DNA of 64,000 nucleotides from Patescibacteria group bacterium (GCA_035549295.1 DASZRG010000036.1:13324-77323); one strand, 5' to 3'. Numbered from the stretch's first letter, positions 26,369 to 35,212 are shown. A program made the numbers and translations. Notes: generated from the letters alone by a model not told the origin.

Positions 26369-29300
26369 ATGAGTTTTATTAATCGATTTAAAGAAACGAA
26401 ATTTCTAGACCTTGAACACAAAATAGGTATTGCTGTTTTTGTACTCCTTACACTTGTCGCAATCCCCGTAACAGTTGTCAGCGTCAAAAAGACTCAAGAT
26501 GACCGCTCACATGCAGCTGAGCCCCAGAATAATTTGCAACTTGGATATTTCGACCCTTCATATTTTGGGGTCATGTCCTCAGTCGCTCACGTGGACAACG
26601 AAGTACTTGTCCGATACAACAATTCAGTAAATATCAAGACAAGAACTGGAGTTAACCCTTCAACGGACACGTTTCAGGTTGCCGACATAACTGGCGGGTT
26701 GCCAAACAATACTTTGAACAATCTAAAATCACTTTCAGTCGCATCAATTGAAAGCGCTTACAAAGAACCAACGGCTCAAAATACTCAGTGGGGGAAAACA
26801 TATATATCAAATACTTACCGTGTGAAGCTTAATCAAGGACAAGACCTGGTTGCAGCGATGAATAAGCTTTGCAGTGATGGGAAAGTCACAATGTACTGTG
26901 AGCCAAATTATAAATTTACTCCAGCAACAAATCCAAATGGAGGTCAAACTTCACCAACAAGTGGAAAAGTTCTTGCCGCAACAACTACCAATCAGTCACG
27001 ACCATCAGCGCTTATCGCAATCGTTGATACTCCACTGCCAGTCAACTACAACGATATTGCGAACGCTTTTGGCTTCTCCATATCAAACAGTCAAATACAA
27101 CCAGCAATTGAAGGCACGCGAGATGACAATTACAAATATCACGCAATCTTTGCAGCAGCAGCCGGATATGCTACCAACCCTGGAGTTAAATATATTTTTG
27201 AAGGCGCTTGCGGAACGACATGCTCCAATTCAAGTCTTGCACAAGGCATAATAGATGCAGTCAATAAAAATGCAAAAGTTATATATATAGGTGAAGCCAA
27301 CACTTTTCCAAAAGGCGTTGTCCCAATGAGTATCGCATCAGCCGTCGGATATGCCGTCGCAAACGGCGCAAAAGTTGTAGCCCCTATAGTCAACCCAAGC
27401 TCCCCAACAAGCATGAATTCTTTACCTAATACAACAAGTTTTATTGACAAAGTTCTAACATTCGCACACAAAATAACCGGCTTCCCACCTATCGCAGCCG
27501 CACAGGGACTTCTTCAACCAGTGCCTTCGAGTGTACAAAATTCAATTAATACATATGCACCAAAATCGTCATCTCAATTACAGAATGCTCTTAGCCAATA
27601 TGCAACCGGAAATACTGGTGCCGGAATAGCACAAAACAATCCAAATACAATTCTTATTAGTCCCCAAGATACTGGCATAATAACCCAACTCGTAAAAGCA
27701 GTAAATCCAAATGCATCGGCCCAGGATGTTCAGAATTTAATAAAAAACAGTCAAACGGCTGATGCAAATGGCAGAATTGATGCTTCCACAATTCTTCAAG
27801 AAGCCAGTCAACTCTCGAGTGCAAGTAACGGAACTAATACATCAAATAAGCAGACGTCCCCAGCCCCATCATCAGCTCCTACTCAAAATGCAAATGGGGC
27901 AAAGCCTAGCACCACAACCCCCCCTTGTACATCTCAACCAAGCTGCTCACCCGGCGTAAACGCTGTAACTGGAAATACTACTCAGGCGGCGACTGGAGCA
28001 ATAACAATGCCTCAAGCAATACAGTCAATCCAAACAAATTCTACTGGAGCCCTCCAACAGTTGGGCATCAACTCGTCACAGCTCCAGTCTGGAATCAATG
28101 GGAATTCTATAGCAACAGGAAATGGTGCAGCGGCTTACGGAATACTACTGTCTGCAAATCCCAAGCTAACCAACGCGCAAGCAAATGATATTATTGCAGC
28201 AAATACCAAAGTTCAGAACTGTGGTGGCGGTGGAAGCCAACCAGCTTGCGGTATTCAACTTGGTCAAGCTGTTCAGGATGCATTAGGTACAGCTTACAAT
28301 CCTCCTACCCTTCCCCCAACTGCACCTGCTGCCTCTACTTCCAATCCACCGAGCACTGACCCAATCATAACAGTACCGACAGCAGCTGCACAAACAGCTT
28401 ACCAAACCGCAGTAAACAACGGAGACAACTTAATTTGCCAAGCATGCGGTAAAAATGGCGAGGATTTAACTTTCAACCAAATGACCGGACAACCATATTA
28501 CACGGATGATGCACGAACTTGGTATCTAGCACAAATAGGCCTAACACCAACAGGAGCGAATGCAACATCTGCAACCGCAAACCCTGTCGTACAACCTATA
28601 GCAGCTGTTTCTGTTCCGCTGGGAAGCGCAGTAACTGGAAATCCTCCAGCTGCAGATTCTAATACACAACCACCAAAATCACAATCCTCTACCGCTCAGA
28701 GCGTAAGTGATCTTAATCAACTTGCAAGTGACATAGCTGCAGGTAAGTATGATAATTTAAGTGCAGTTCAGAAGGAAACAATGTTTGTAAATGCATTTAA
28801 TGCAAATAATATTGACGTAAAGGACTTAACACCAGCTCAAGCACAACAACTTCAAGCCGATCTCAACACATATCATGATCAAATCACATCAGCGCAAGAT
28901 GCACAGGCTTCATGTGTTGTAAATTGTAGTACGTACGACAGTAATGCTACTGACCAAGCATATCAAAATTGGAATTCTCTTTCTAACCAACTTACACAAA
29001 CTGGACTTACAGATCCATGTGCAGGGTTACCTGCAAATATGCCTTGTGGAGATGGTGGTAGTAGCAGTAATCTTACTCAAAATAGCTCAGGCGTAAGTAC
29101 ATGCGGAAGCGTTGAAGCAAAGCTAAGTGGAACATGCGATCAAGCAGCAAATGGAACAGTAAGTACTGCACCAACAGGGGACCAATTAAGATCTGGCTGC
29201 GTCAGAGTGGGAAGCGGAATCAGCAATGATTGTGTTGATACGTGGGTTGGAAATCAAGTAAATGGGCTAATAAATGGCATAGGCACACTTACGACTGATA

Positions 29301-29965
29301 ATTCTTCTCAGAAAACTTATGCTTCTAAATTTGATACATTATCAACACCTAACCCAGATACCGTAGCCCCTCTCCCCCAAAGTTCAACATCTGACAATAT
29401 ACTCTACTCTTACTTATCACCATATGATTCGAGTACTTCCAATTCGGACACCACAAATATTAGCCAAGAACAAAATGAACTATTAGCCCAAGGACAATTG
29501 AACTACTCTGACATATCAACTCCCGGCCAAACAGATCTTACAAACGGAGCGAATGGGGCATGCTCTGATGGCTGCATTTCCAATTCAGACGGTACAATTT
29601 ATGATCCAACAACAGATCAACTTTTGGGTCTAGATCAGACAGGAGTTTATGTACCTGTTGCTGGACCACCAACGCCTGAGGATATTCCTTATTCTGACCA
29701 GACAACTGCCGTCTCAAATGATGCATCTGGTATCTTCTCTGGAATAACAAATATTGCAGACCAGGCAACTCAAATGGCGCAAGGAGCAACTGATCAAACA
29801 GCAGATGCTGCTCAAAATCTTATAGATGCAGGTTTTCCTCCTGATGGATCGCCGAACTATGCTGATAATGGTCAGCCGATATATGACGTAGCGATGCCGG
29901 ATCCTGGTACGTTTATACCAACAGATCAAGGAGGATGTGACCCGACATATGGGTGCGCGTACTAA
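26369..29965 (+). CDS. Large secreted/surface protein (1198 aa): N-terminal signal anchor, a subtilase-propeptide-like (I9-like) segment with a possibly degenerate S8-like region, then ~800 aa of Gln/Asn/Thr/Ser/Gly-rich low-complexity sequence with Cys pairs
   Basis: The N-terminal TM segment is followed by VLVRYNNS...VTMYCEPNYKF, which resembles a subtilase propeptide ending in V.Y.EPNY. IAIVDT resembles the catalytic-Asp motif. No clear GTSxxAP serine motif was found. The long C-terminal region is polar and low in complexity. Confidence 0.55.
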   Translation: MSFINRFKETKFLDLEHKIGIAVFVLLTLVAIPVTVVSVKKTQDDRSHAAEPQNNLQLGYFDPSYFGVMSSVAHVDNEVLVRYNNSVNIKTRTGVNPSTDTFQVADITGGLPNNTLNNLKSLSVASIESAYKEPTAQNTQWGKTYISNTYRVKLNQGQDLVAAMNKLCSDGKVTMYCEPNYKFTPATNPNGGQTSPTSGKVLAATTTNQSRPSALIAIVDTPLPVNYNDIANAFGFSISNSQIQPAIEGTRDDNYKYHAIFAAAAGYATNPGVKYIFEGACGTTCSNSSLAQGIIDAVNKNAKVIYIGEANTFPKGVVPMSIASAVGYAVANGAKVVAPIVNPSSPTSMNSLPNTTSFIDKVLTFAHKITGFPPIAAAQGLLQPVPSSVQNSINTYAPKSSSQLQNALSQYATGNTGAGIAQNNPNTILISPQDTGIITQLVKAVNPNASAQDVQNLIKNSQTADANGRIDASTILQEASQLSSASNGTNTSNKQTSPAPSSAPTQNANGAKPSTTTPPCTSQPSCSPGVNAVTGNTTQAATGAITMPQAIQSIQTNSTGALQQLGINSSQLQSGINGNSIATGNGAAAYGILLSANPKLTNAQANDIIAANTKVQNCGGGGSQPACGIQLGQAVQDALGTAYNPPTLPPTAPAASTSNPPSTDPIITVPTAAAQTAYQTAVNNGDNLICQACGKNGEDLTFNQMTGQPYYTDDARTWYLAQIGLTPTGANATSATANPVVQPIAAVSVPLGSAVTGNPPAADSNTQPPKSQSSTAQSVSDLNQLASDIAAGKYDNLSAVQKETMFVNAFNANNIDVKDLTPAQAQQLQADLNTYHDQITSAQDAQASCVVNCSTYDSNATDQAYQNWNSLSNQLTQTGLTDPCAGLPANMPCGDGGSSSNLTQNSSGVSTCGSVEAKLSGTCDQAANGTVSTAPTGDQLRSGCVRVGSGISNDCVDTWVGNQVNGLINGIGTLTTDNSSQKTYASKFDTLSTPNPDTVAPLPQSSTSDNILYSYLSPYDSSTSNSDTTNISQEQNELLAQGQLNYSDISTPGQTDLTNGANGACSDGCISNSDGTIYDPTTDQLLGLDQTGVYVPVAGPPTPEDIPYSDQTTAVSNDASGIFSGITNIADQATQMAQGATDQTADAAQNLIDAGFPPDGSPNYADNGQPIYDVAMPDPGTFIPTDQGGCDPTYGCAY

Positions 29966-30999
29966 ATGCTATGAATTCGAAGAATTATATAAAAGGAACA
30001 TTTTGGCAAAGACTTGCAGCATTTATTATTGATGCATTAATTCTTTTTGTTCCCATCTTCATATGGCTAATCTCAAGTCTTTACTTAAAGGTCAGAACTC
30101 AATTGATAATTGGTATCGTAAACTACGTTATTATTGCCTCTTACAATGTTTTTTTTCTTACACGGACTAGCTCCACAATTGGTAAAAAAATACTTAGACT
30201 TAAAGTAGTTAACTCAAATTACGAAAAAGCAAATATCAAAACTATTTTACTCCGAGAGGTAGTCGGAAAATTTATCTCACAAGCGATATTTAGCCTTGGA
30301 TACATTTGGGCGCTTGGCAATCCTAAGCGACAAACATGGCATGACAAAATTGCCAAGACTTACGTTGTCAGACTAGACAAGGAACACAACCTTACAGAAG
30401 GCGAAGATAAACAACCAACGAAGGTAGAAAAAATCCTATTCTATGCCTATACTTTATTCGTCATTATCTCAGTCATAATCGGACTTTTCTTTGGGATCGT
30501 AGGCCGCCCCGTCAGAAATATTTCAAGCTCTATGGAGCCAAACTATAAGCAGGGAGCTTATTACCTCACTACTCCACCGAGGAACATTAAACGCGCTGAT
30601 GTCGTAGTCTATACAGTCTTCATAAAAGGTCGACCAGTACAATTCATAAAGCGCGTCATAGGTCTACCGGGTGAAAAAATAGCGCTATATGAAGGGCGAG
30701 TATATATAAATGGAAAAGTTCTCTATCAGCTTAAATATCTATCAAAATCAGTGACTACTTCTGGCGGCGCGTTTTTGAAAGACAAATCTCAAATTATTAT
30801 TCCAAAAGGAACATATTTTGTGATGGGAGATAATAGATCCGCAAGTCTTGACTCTCGAGATATGGGATATCTACCCGGAAAAAACATCACTGGGAAAATA
30901 TGGTTCTGTTACTGGAATTGTCAGGGAAGTAAGGGGCCGAAGATAATTGGGAAGAGAACGGTTCCGACTCCGAAAGTAACTCCGGCGAAAGGGAAATAA
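29953..30999 (+). CDS. lepB: RDD-domain / signal peptidase I (LepB, S26) fusion
   Basis: The N-terminal RDD-like membrane domain reads WQRLAAFIIDALI. The SPase I boxes are SSSMEPN (catalytic Ser), KRVIGLPGE (catalytic Lys) and GDNRSASLDSR. It overlaps the upstream large-protein gene by 13 nt. Confidence 0.8.
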   Translation: MRVLNAMNSKNYIKGTFWQRLAAFIIDALILFVPIFIWLISSLYLKVRTQLIIGIVNYVIIASYNVFFLTRTSSTIGKKILRLKVVNSNYEKANIKTILLREVVGKFISQAIFSLGYIWALGNPKRQTWHDKIAKTYVVRLDKEHNLTEGEDKQPTKVEKILFYAYTLFVIISVIIGLFFGIVGRPVRNISSSMEPNYKQGAYYLTTPPRNIKRADVVVYTVFIKGRPVQFIKRVIGLPGEKIALYEGRVYINGKVLYQLKYLSKSVTTSGGAFLKDKSQIIIPKGTYFVMGDNRSASLDSRDMGYLPGKNITGKIWFCYWNCQGSKGPKIIGKRTVPTPKVTPAKGK

Positions 31000-31020
31000 C
31001 TGAAATATCCCCGAGAGAAA

Positions 31021-31058
31021 AGTATCAAAGGTATCAAAAGTATCAAGAGTATCAAAGG
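31021..31058. repeat. Tandem 9-bp repeat array (second locus), AGTATCAAAGGTATCAAAAGTATCAAGAGTATCAAAGG
   Basis: Seen directly. It lies ~60 nt upstream of the ion-channel gene and matches the array at 16555-16599. Confidence 0.8.
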
Positions 31059-31116
31059 CTAATTTCTTTGTGTAAGATTGACTTGATTGGTCGTTTTCAT
31101 CAATAATTAAACTAAT

Positions 31117-31914
31117 ATGAAAGTGCAGTCTAAGAGGCGAAGCCGCGACTTTGTTGATAAAATATCTTACTTCCTTATAATTATTGCTCTTCCACTCGTT
31201 CTAGTTGATTATCTATTTCATCCTGCACCCGAACTTCGGGCTCTTTTTGATGAATATTTTATCTTTATATATTGTCTTTTCGTTGTTGAGCTTCTTATTA
31301 GGTTCTTAAGAACACGCAACAAAAAAGATTACATAAAAAACAATTGGGTAGAGTTTGTTATCGTCATATTTCCATTCTTCAGACTTCTGGGACTCGTCCC
31401 TATACTTGAGGAGGCATTTATCATAGGTATTGATCGTGTTACCAAAAAACTCGCTCACCCACATCACATAGCAGTTATAAACACTGTTATATTTATGTTT
31501 ATTGCAGTACTGGTTGCAAGCGAGGCAATATTATTTTTTGAGAAGCCATATGGCGGAAGCACAATACGAACTTTTTCTGATGGTCTTTGGTGGTCAACTG
31601 TTGGAGTTTCAAATATTGGATTTGCAGGCAATTTAATTCCTGAATCGATTGGCGGTAAGATTCTCAATCTCTTATTAGTCTTTATTGGTATGTTTTCGCT
31701 TAGCATGATAACGGCAAATATTGCGGCATTTTTTACAGAAGAAGATGTAAAGGCTGATATCGATCGAGAACTAGTTGAGATAGAACTTGATCTTTCAAAA
31801 GTTAAACGTGAAATGAAAACTGAAATTGACCATGATGACACTGAAATAAAAGATGAGCTCAAAAAGATTGAAGACAGGATAGACGAGCTGAAAGATAGCA
31901 AGAACAATGGATAA
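31117..31914 (+). CDS. 6-TM ion channel of the voltage-gated/Ion_trans type with a non-canonical pore sequence
   Basis: Multiple TM helices. The pore-helix-like DGLWWSTVGVSNIGFAGN carries TVGVSN instead of TVGYGD. The C-terminal tail is an acidic coiled coil. Confidence 0.5.
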   Translation: MKVQSKRRSRDFVDKISYFLIIIALPLVLVDYLFHPAPELRALFDEYFIFIYCLFVVELLIRFLRTRNKKDYIKNNWVEFVIVIFPFFRLLGLVPILEEAFIIGIDRVTKKLAHPHHIAVINTVIFMFIAVLVASEAILFFEKPYGGSTIRTFSDGLWWSTVGVSNIGFAGNLIPESIGGKILNLLLVFIGMFSLSMITANIAAFFTEEDVKADIDRELVEIELDLSKVKREMKTEIDHDDTEIKDELKKIEDRIDELKDSKNNG

Positions 31915-32785
31915 CTCTCAAGTCTATAAAAAACTTCGCGACAAATGGATCACGCGCCATATAGAGTCACAAAAATCACTGTTTGAAAAACACGGCGCAA
32001 CAATCAATAATTTTGTCAATAATACACGCAACTTTGCTGTTGGCTCAGCATCTGCACTAATGCTTTTATCGAGTCCCGCAACCAATTTCCTTCCGCCACC
32101 TCACACCATTGTCCATGAAGCCAAAATACCTGTTGAGAAAAGTGTTTTTGTCGCATCAGACCTATCAAGTCTTGTCCCTGATGAAGTCAGGGAACTTACG
32201 CCAAGCGAGGAGAGTTCAATATCGGGAGTTCTCACTCGCGATTTTGGCATAAAAGTCGTTCCCGAGTTGAATGGCATAAGACTCAATCGTACATATGGAC
32301 TAATTGGTGCGGAGCAACACCTGATGCGATATCCAGGAGATACTATGGATTCGCATTTTGACAAAGTTTCAGATGATTTAGAATATCGTGGATCTGGCAT
32401 GGCACCAGGACTTGGCGGGTGGGGATACTTTGCAAAATCAAAAGAAGAAATGACTCAAAAAGATGCTGATCGCGAGAAATATTATATTGCGGTACAGAGT
32501 TTTCTAGCACCAGGATTTGCCGAAAATACTCGCGAATATATAAGCTTTTTTAAGTTCCGCAAAATGCTAGTAGTCAATCCTGACAATGGCCACGCAATAG
32601 TTGCTGATATTGGAGACGCAGGCCCCGGGATTCATACAGGAAAACATCTAGGTGGGTCGCCTGAGGTTATGAGATATCTTGAACGCGTTGATGGTGCACA
32701 AAAAGGTGGTGTACTTTATTTTTTTATCGACGACCCGAAGGACGAAATCCCGCTCGGGCCGATAGAGACGAAGCAAGAAATATAG
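31907..32785 (+). CDS. Hypothetical protein with a possible RlpA-like double-psi beta-barrel near the C-terminus
   Basis: MLVVNPDNGHAIVADIGDAGP resembles the RlpA/expansin V.V.N..NG..v.vrv.DRGP segment. It overlaps the channel gene by 8 nt. Confidence 0.3.
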   Translation: MDNSQVYKKLRDKWITRHIESQKSLFEKHGATINNFVNNTRNFAVGSASALMLLSSPATNFLPPPHTIVHEAKIPVEKSVFVASDLSSLVPDEVRELTPSEESSISGVLTRDFGIKVVPELNGIRLNRTYGLIGAEQHLMRYPGDTMDSHFDKVSDDLEYRGSGMAPGLGGWGYFAKSKEEMTQKDADREKYYIAVQSFLAPGFAENTREYISFFKFRKMLVVNPDNGHAIVADIGDAGPGIHTGKHLGGSPEVMRYLERVDGAQKGGVLYFFIDDPKDEIPLGPIETKQEI

Positions 32786-32869
32786 ATTATAAATTAGATA
32801 TTATAGATTATAAAAATAAATTCTATGTAAAAATATAATATGTTATCTATAATATTTAATATCTAAAAC

Positions 32870-33196
32870 ATGGTAAAACACTTTTATTCATTTATAGTTG
32901 AGACTGATACTCTATTTATGGAGATTGATTCACTTGAGATTTCAGATCATGAAAAAGAGCATCTCAAATCTCTTGCTGAGTCAAATATTCATCATGCCGT
33001 TCTCGATTCAGTTTTATCGAAACTGTCTGAATTGGACAAAGATATATTTTTGGAATTCATAAATTCGAAAAATCATGAACGTACTTGGAAATTTTTAAAC
33101 ACAAAAATAAGAAATGCAGAAGATCATATCAAGAATGCCGCAGCTGAAATAAAAAAAGAGCTCTTCAAAGATATCCACGAAGCCAAAAAATCATAA
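32870..33196 (+). CDS. Hypothetical small helical protein
   Basis: 108-aa ORF after a very AT-rich promoter-like spacer. No family recognised. Confidence 0.3.
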   Translation: MVKHFYSFIVETDTLFMEIDSLEISDHEKEHLKSLAESNIHHAVLDSVLSKLSELDKDIFLEFINSKNHERTWKFLNTKIRNAEDHIKNAAAEIKKELFKDIHEAKKS

Positions 33197-33203
33197 TAAT
33201 TTC

Positions 33204-33320
33204 GTCATTCTGAACCCCGATCCAATCGGGGAACCTTGTTTCAGAATCTCATACTTCGAGGTCCTGAAACAAGTTCAGGACGACAATTGGAAATAGTCAT
33301 GCTGAATTTATTTCAGCATC
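33204..33320. repeat. Hairpin repeat of family 1 (modules M1-M2-M3)
   Basis: GTCATTCTGAACCCCGATCCAATCGGGGAACCTTGTTTCAGAATCTC + GTCCTGAAACAAGTTCAGGACGAC + GTCATGCTGAATTTATTTCAGCATC. Near-identical to 23518-23575. Confidence 0.85.
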
Positions 33321-33326
33321 TTTAGT

Positions 33327-33884
33327 GTGTATAATCAATGGATGTCAAAATCTCAACAACTTGAGAAGATCGCTGAAGAAATTGCAAAATGCAAAATTTG
33401 CCAAAAGAACAAGCATGGACTACCCGTTCCTGGGGAGGGAAACCCTGATGCAGATGTAATGTTTATTGGTGAAGCACCAGGTCGCAACGAAGCTGAAACT
33501 GGTCGCCCCTTCATTGGGAGATCTGGAAAACTTCTTCGAGAAGCAATTAGAGGTTTAGGTTTGACTGAAGAAGAAGTCTATATAACAAGCCCCGTTAAAT
33601 ACCTACCTGATTATGTGACTCCAACTGATGAAGATATCGCCCATGGAATGACTCATCTTTCAAAGCAAATGGAAGTTATAAATCCAAAAGTTATGGTTCT
33701 TCTGGGAAGCGTTGCCGTCCGCGGAGTGCTTGGCGAAAAGCAAATGATAAGTAAAGTTCACGGAACGGTTATCAAAAAGGATGAAAGGTCATACTTTATC
33801 TCTTACCACCCTGCAGCAGCAATACGATTCCAAAAATTCAGGAAAACATTTCTTGATGACTTTCAAAAAATCCCCCTAAAATAA
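33327..33884 (+). CDS. udg: Uracil-DNA glycosylase, family 4
   Basis: It has the N-terminal Cys pair CKICQ and the GEGNPDADVMFIGEAPGRNE...GRPFIGRSGKLL motif of family-4 UDGs. Confidence 0.85.
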   Translation: MYNQWMSKSQQLEKIAEEIAKCKICQKNKHGLPVPGEGNPDADVMFIGEAPGRNEAETGRPFIGRSGKLLREAIRGLGLTEEEVYITSPVKYLPDYVTPTDEDIAHGMTHLSKQMEVINPKVMVLLGSVAVRGVLGEKQMISKVHGTVIKKDERSYFISYHPAAAIRFQKFRKTFLDDFQKIPLK

Positions 33885-33892
33885 TTCCACCT

Positions 33893-33932
33893 CCTCGTCA
33901 TTGCGAGGGTTTGAAAAACCCGAAGCAATCTC
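33893..33932. repeat. Family-2 hairpin repeat, left inverted copy bracketing the GIY-YIG gene
   Basis: CCTCGTCATTGCGAGGGTTTGAAAAACCCGAAGCAATCTC. Its reverse-complement partner is at 34236-34280. Confidence 0.8.
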
Positions 33933-33944
33933 TATAATAAATTC

Positions 33945-34237
33945 GTGAATTCAAAACAATACTATGTATATATTTTGACGAATAAACTAAATACGGTTTT
34001 ATATACTGGTATAACAAACGACTTAATTAAGAGAGTTTATGAACACAAAAATAAATTAGTTTCGGGATTTACTGAAAGATATAATGTTAACAAGCTCGTT
34101 TACTATGAAATCGCCGAGGACGCATAGGAGCAATAAAACGAGAGAAACAAATCAAAGGTGGTTCAAGGGGTAAGAAAAACGATTTGATTACAAAATTTAA
34201 TCCCGATTGGAAAGATTTATATGATGACCTTGCATGA
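33945..34237 (+). pseudogene. GIY-YIG nuclease family (UPF0213/YhbQ-like, ~97 aa), interrupted by a frameshift near 34122-34129
   Basis: Frame A reads MNSKQYYVYILTNKLNTVLYTGITNDLIKRVYEHK...YYEIAEDA*. In the -1 frame it continues GAIKREKQIKGGSRGKKNDLITKFNPDWKDLYDDLA*, which matches the conserved C-terminal half of this family. Confidence 0.6.
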
Positions 34238-34280
34238 GATTGCTTCGTCAGTCGCAAGCTCCTTCCTCGCAATGACAAAG
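34236..34280. repeat. Family-2 hairpin repeat, right inverted copy (GAGATTGCTTCG...CCTCGCAATGACAAAG)
   Basis: It is the reverse complement of the termini of the copy at 33893-33932. It starts at the GIY-YIG stop and ends 8 nt before the mazG-like stop. Confidence 0.8.
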
Positions 34281-34288
34281 AATGTATA

Positions 34289-34630
34289 TTAATCTTTGCG
34301 ATTTTTCTCTTTCTCTATTCTATCGGATATCGTTACTAATTTATCTCGAACGGCGCGGTCGAGATCAACATTTGATGATATAGCAAGCTGCATGAGGGTG
34401 ATGAGGACATCTGCGAACTCCTGATAAATATTTCTTCTATCAAAACGTTCTAATTTTGCGCGTCTTTGAAGCTTGAGAATCGATAGAATATCATTGCACA
34501 ATTCTCCTACTTCCTCATTTAACTTCACAGTTCGAGCCAATATCTCCTTCTCTCGCGGGGTATTGAGAGTATACTCTACACTCGGTGTGCTAAGAGCTTT
34601 AATTTTTTCTTCTAACTGCTTCAGATCCAT
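34289..34630 (-). CDS. MazG-like nucleotide pyrophosphohydrolase (small all-alpha NTP-PPase)
   Basis: 113 aa, with LNEEVGEL and EFADVLITLMQLA matching the MazG/NTP-PPase EExxE..D motif layout. Confidence 0.55.
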   Translation of the reverse strand: MDLKQLEEKIKALSTPSVEYTLNTPREKEILARTVKLNEEVGELCNDILSILKLQRRAKLERFDRRNIYQEFADVLITLMQLAISSNVDLDRAVRDKLVTISDRIEKEKNRKD

Positions 34631-34798
34631 GAATTCAATTCAAGTGTACAATCAAATAATCGATTTAGCAACATAGTAGTTTAAGTCATTAAGATTAAAA
34701 GACTAAAATGATTAGCCAACACTATCCTTCCCAGGTTCTCTTGATCACTAATTCCTTTAGTCTTAATCACTATTATCCTGCCGTAGTATAATCTATCT

Positions 34799-35203
34799 AT
34801 GCCGAAATTAAAGATTGAGAGAGATGAAGAAGTACAAGAAGGTGAGATCGTTGAAACCCAATGGGATTTTAAAAAGATTGCAATTGGACTCGTTGTTTTG
34901 GTCGTAATTTTTATAGGAATTTCTTATTTTTTCCTTCCGAAAAGCGGTGAGGATACAGCCCTGACTGCAACCCTAGGTGCATCGACTTCAAGCGAAGACT
35001 TGTCTCCAACTCCTCCTCTTCCAAAAAAAGAAGACGTTCAAAAAGTGATAACAAACGTTCGCGATACTTTATCAAAAATCACTTCTGATAACATAACATC
35101 ATCACAAGCAGCTATTCAGAAAATAATTACTGATCTGCAAGGTCTCCAAGGGAAAAATGGTGCAGCCGAGACATTCTGTAAGCTTGTATGTAATAATAAA
35201 TAA
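34799..35203 (+). CDS. Hypothetical single-pass membrane protein
   Basis: 134 aa with one TM helix and a Ser/Thr-rich extracytoplasmic region. It is co-directional with the NRAMP gene and 9 nt upstream of it. Confidence 0.35.
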   Translation: MPKLKIERDEEVQEGEIVETQWDFKKIAIGLVVLVVIFIGISYFFLPKSGEDTALTATLGASTSSEDLSPTPPLPKKEDVQKVITNVRDTLSKITSDNITSSQAAIQKIITDLQGLQGKNGAAETFCKLVCNNK

Positions 35204-35212
35204 TACCTGTCA

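Noticed and set aside
26874-27251. 125-aa alternative-frame ORF inside the large secreted protein gene
   Set aside because: It is Gln-rich low-complexity sequence and a by-product of the compositionally biased main frame.
34631-34798. yybP-ykoY manganese riboswitch upstream of the NRAMP operon
   Set aside because: No conserved riboswitch core motifs could be recognised. Instead the spacer holds AGTGATTAAG-type inverted repeats and a -10 box positioned for a leaderless transcript.
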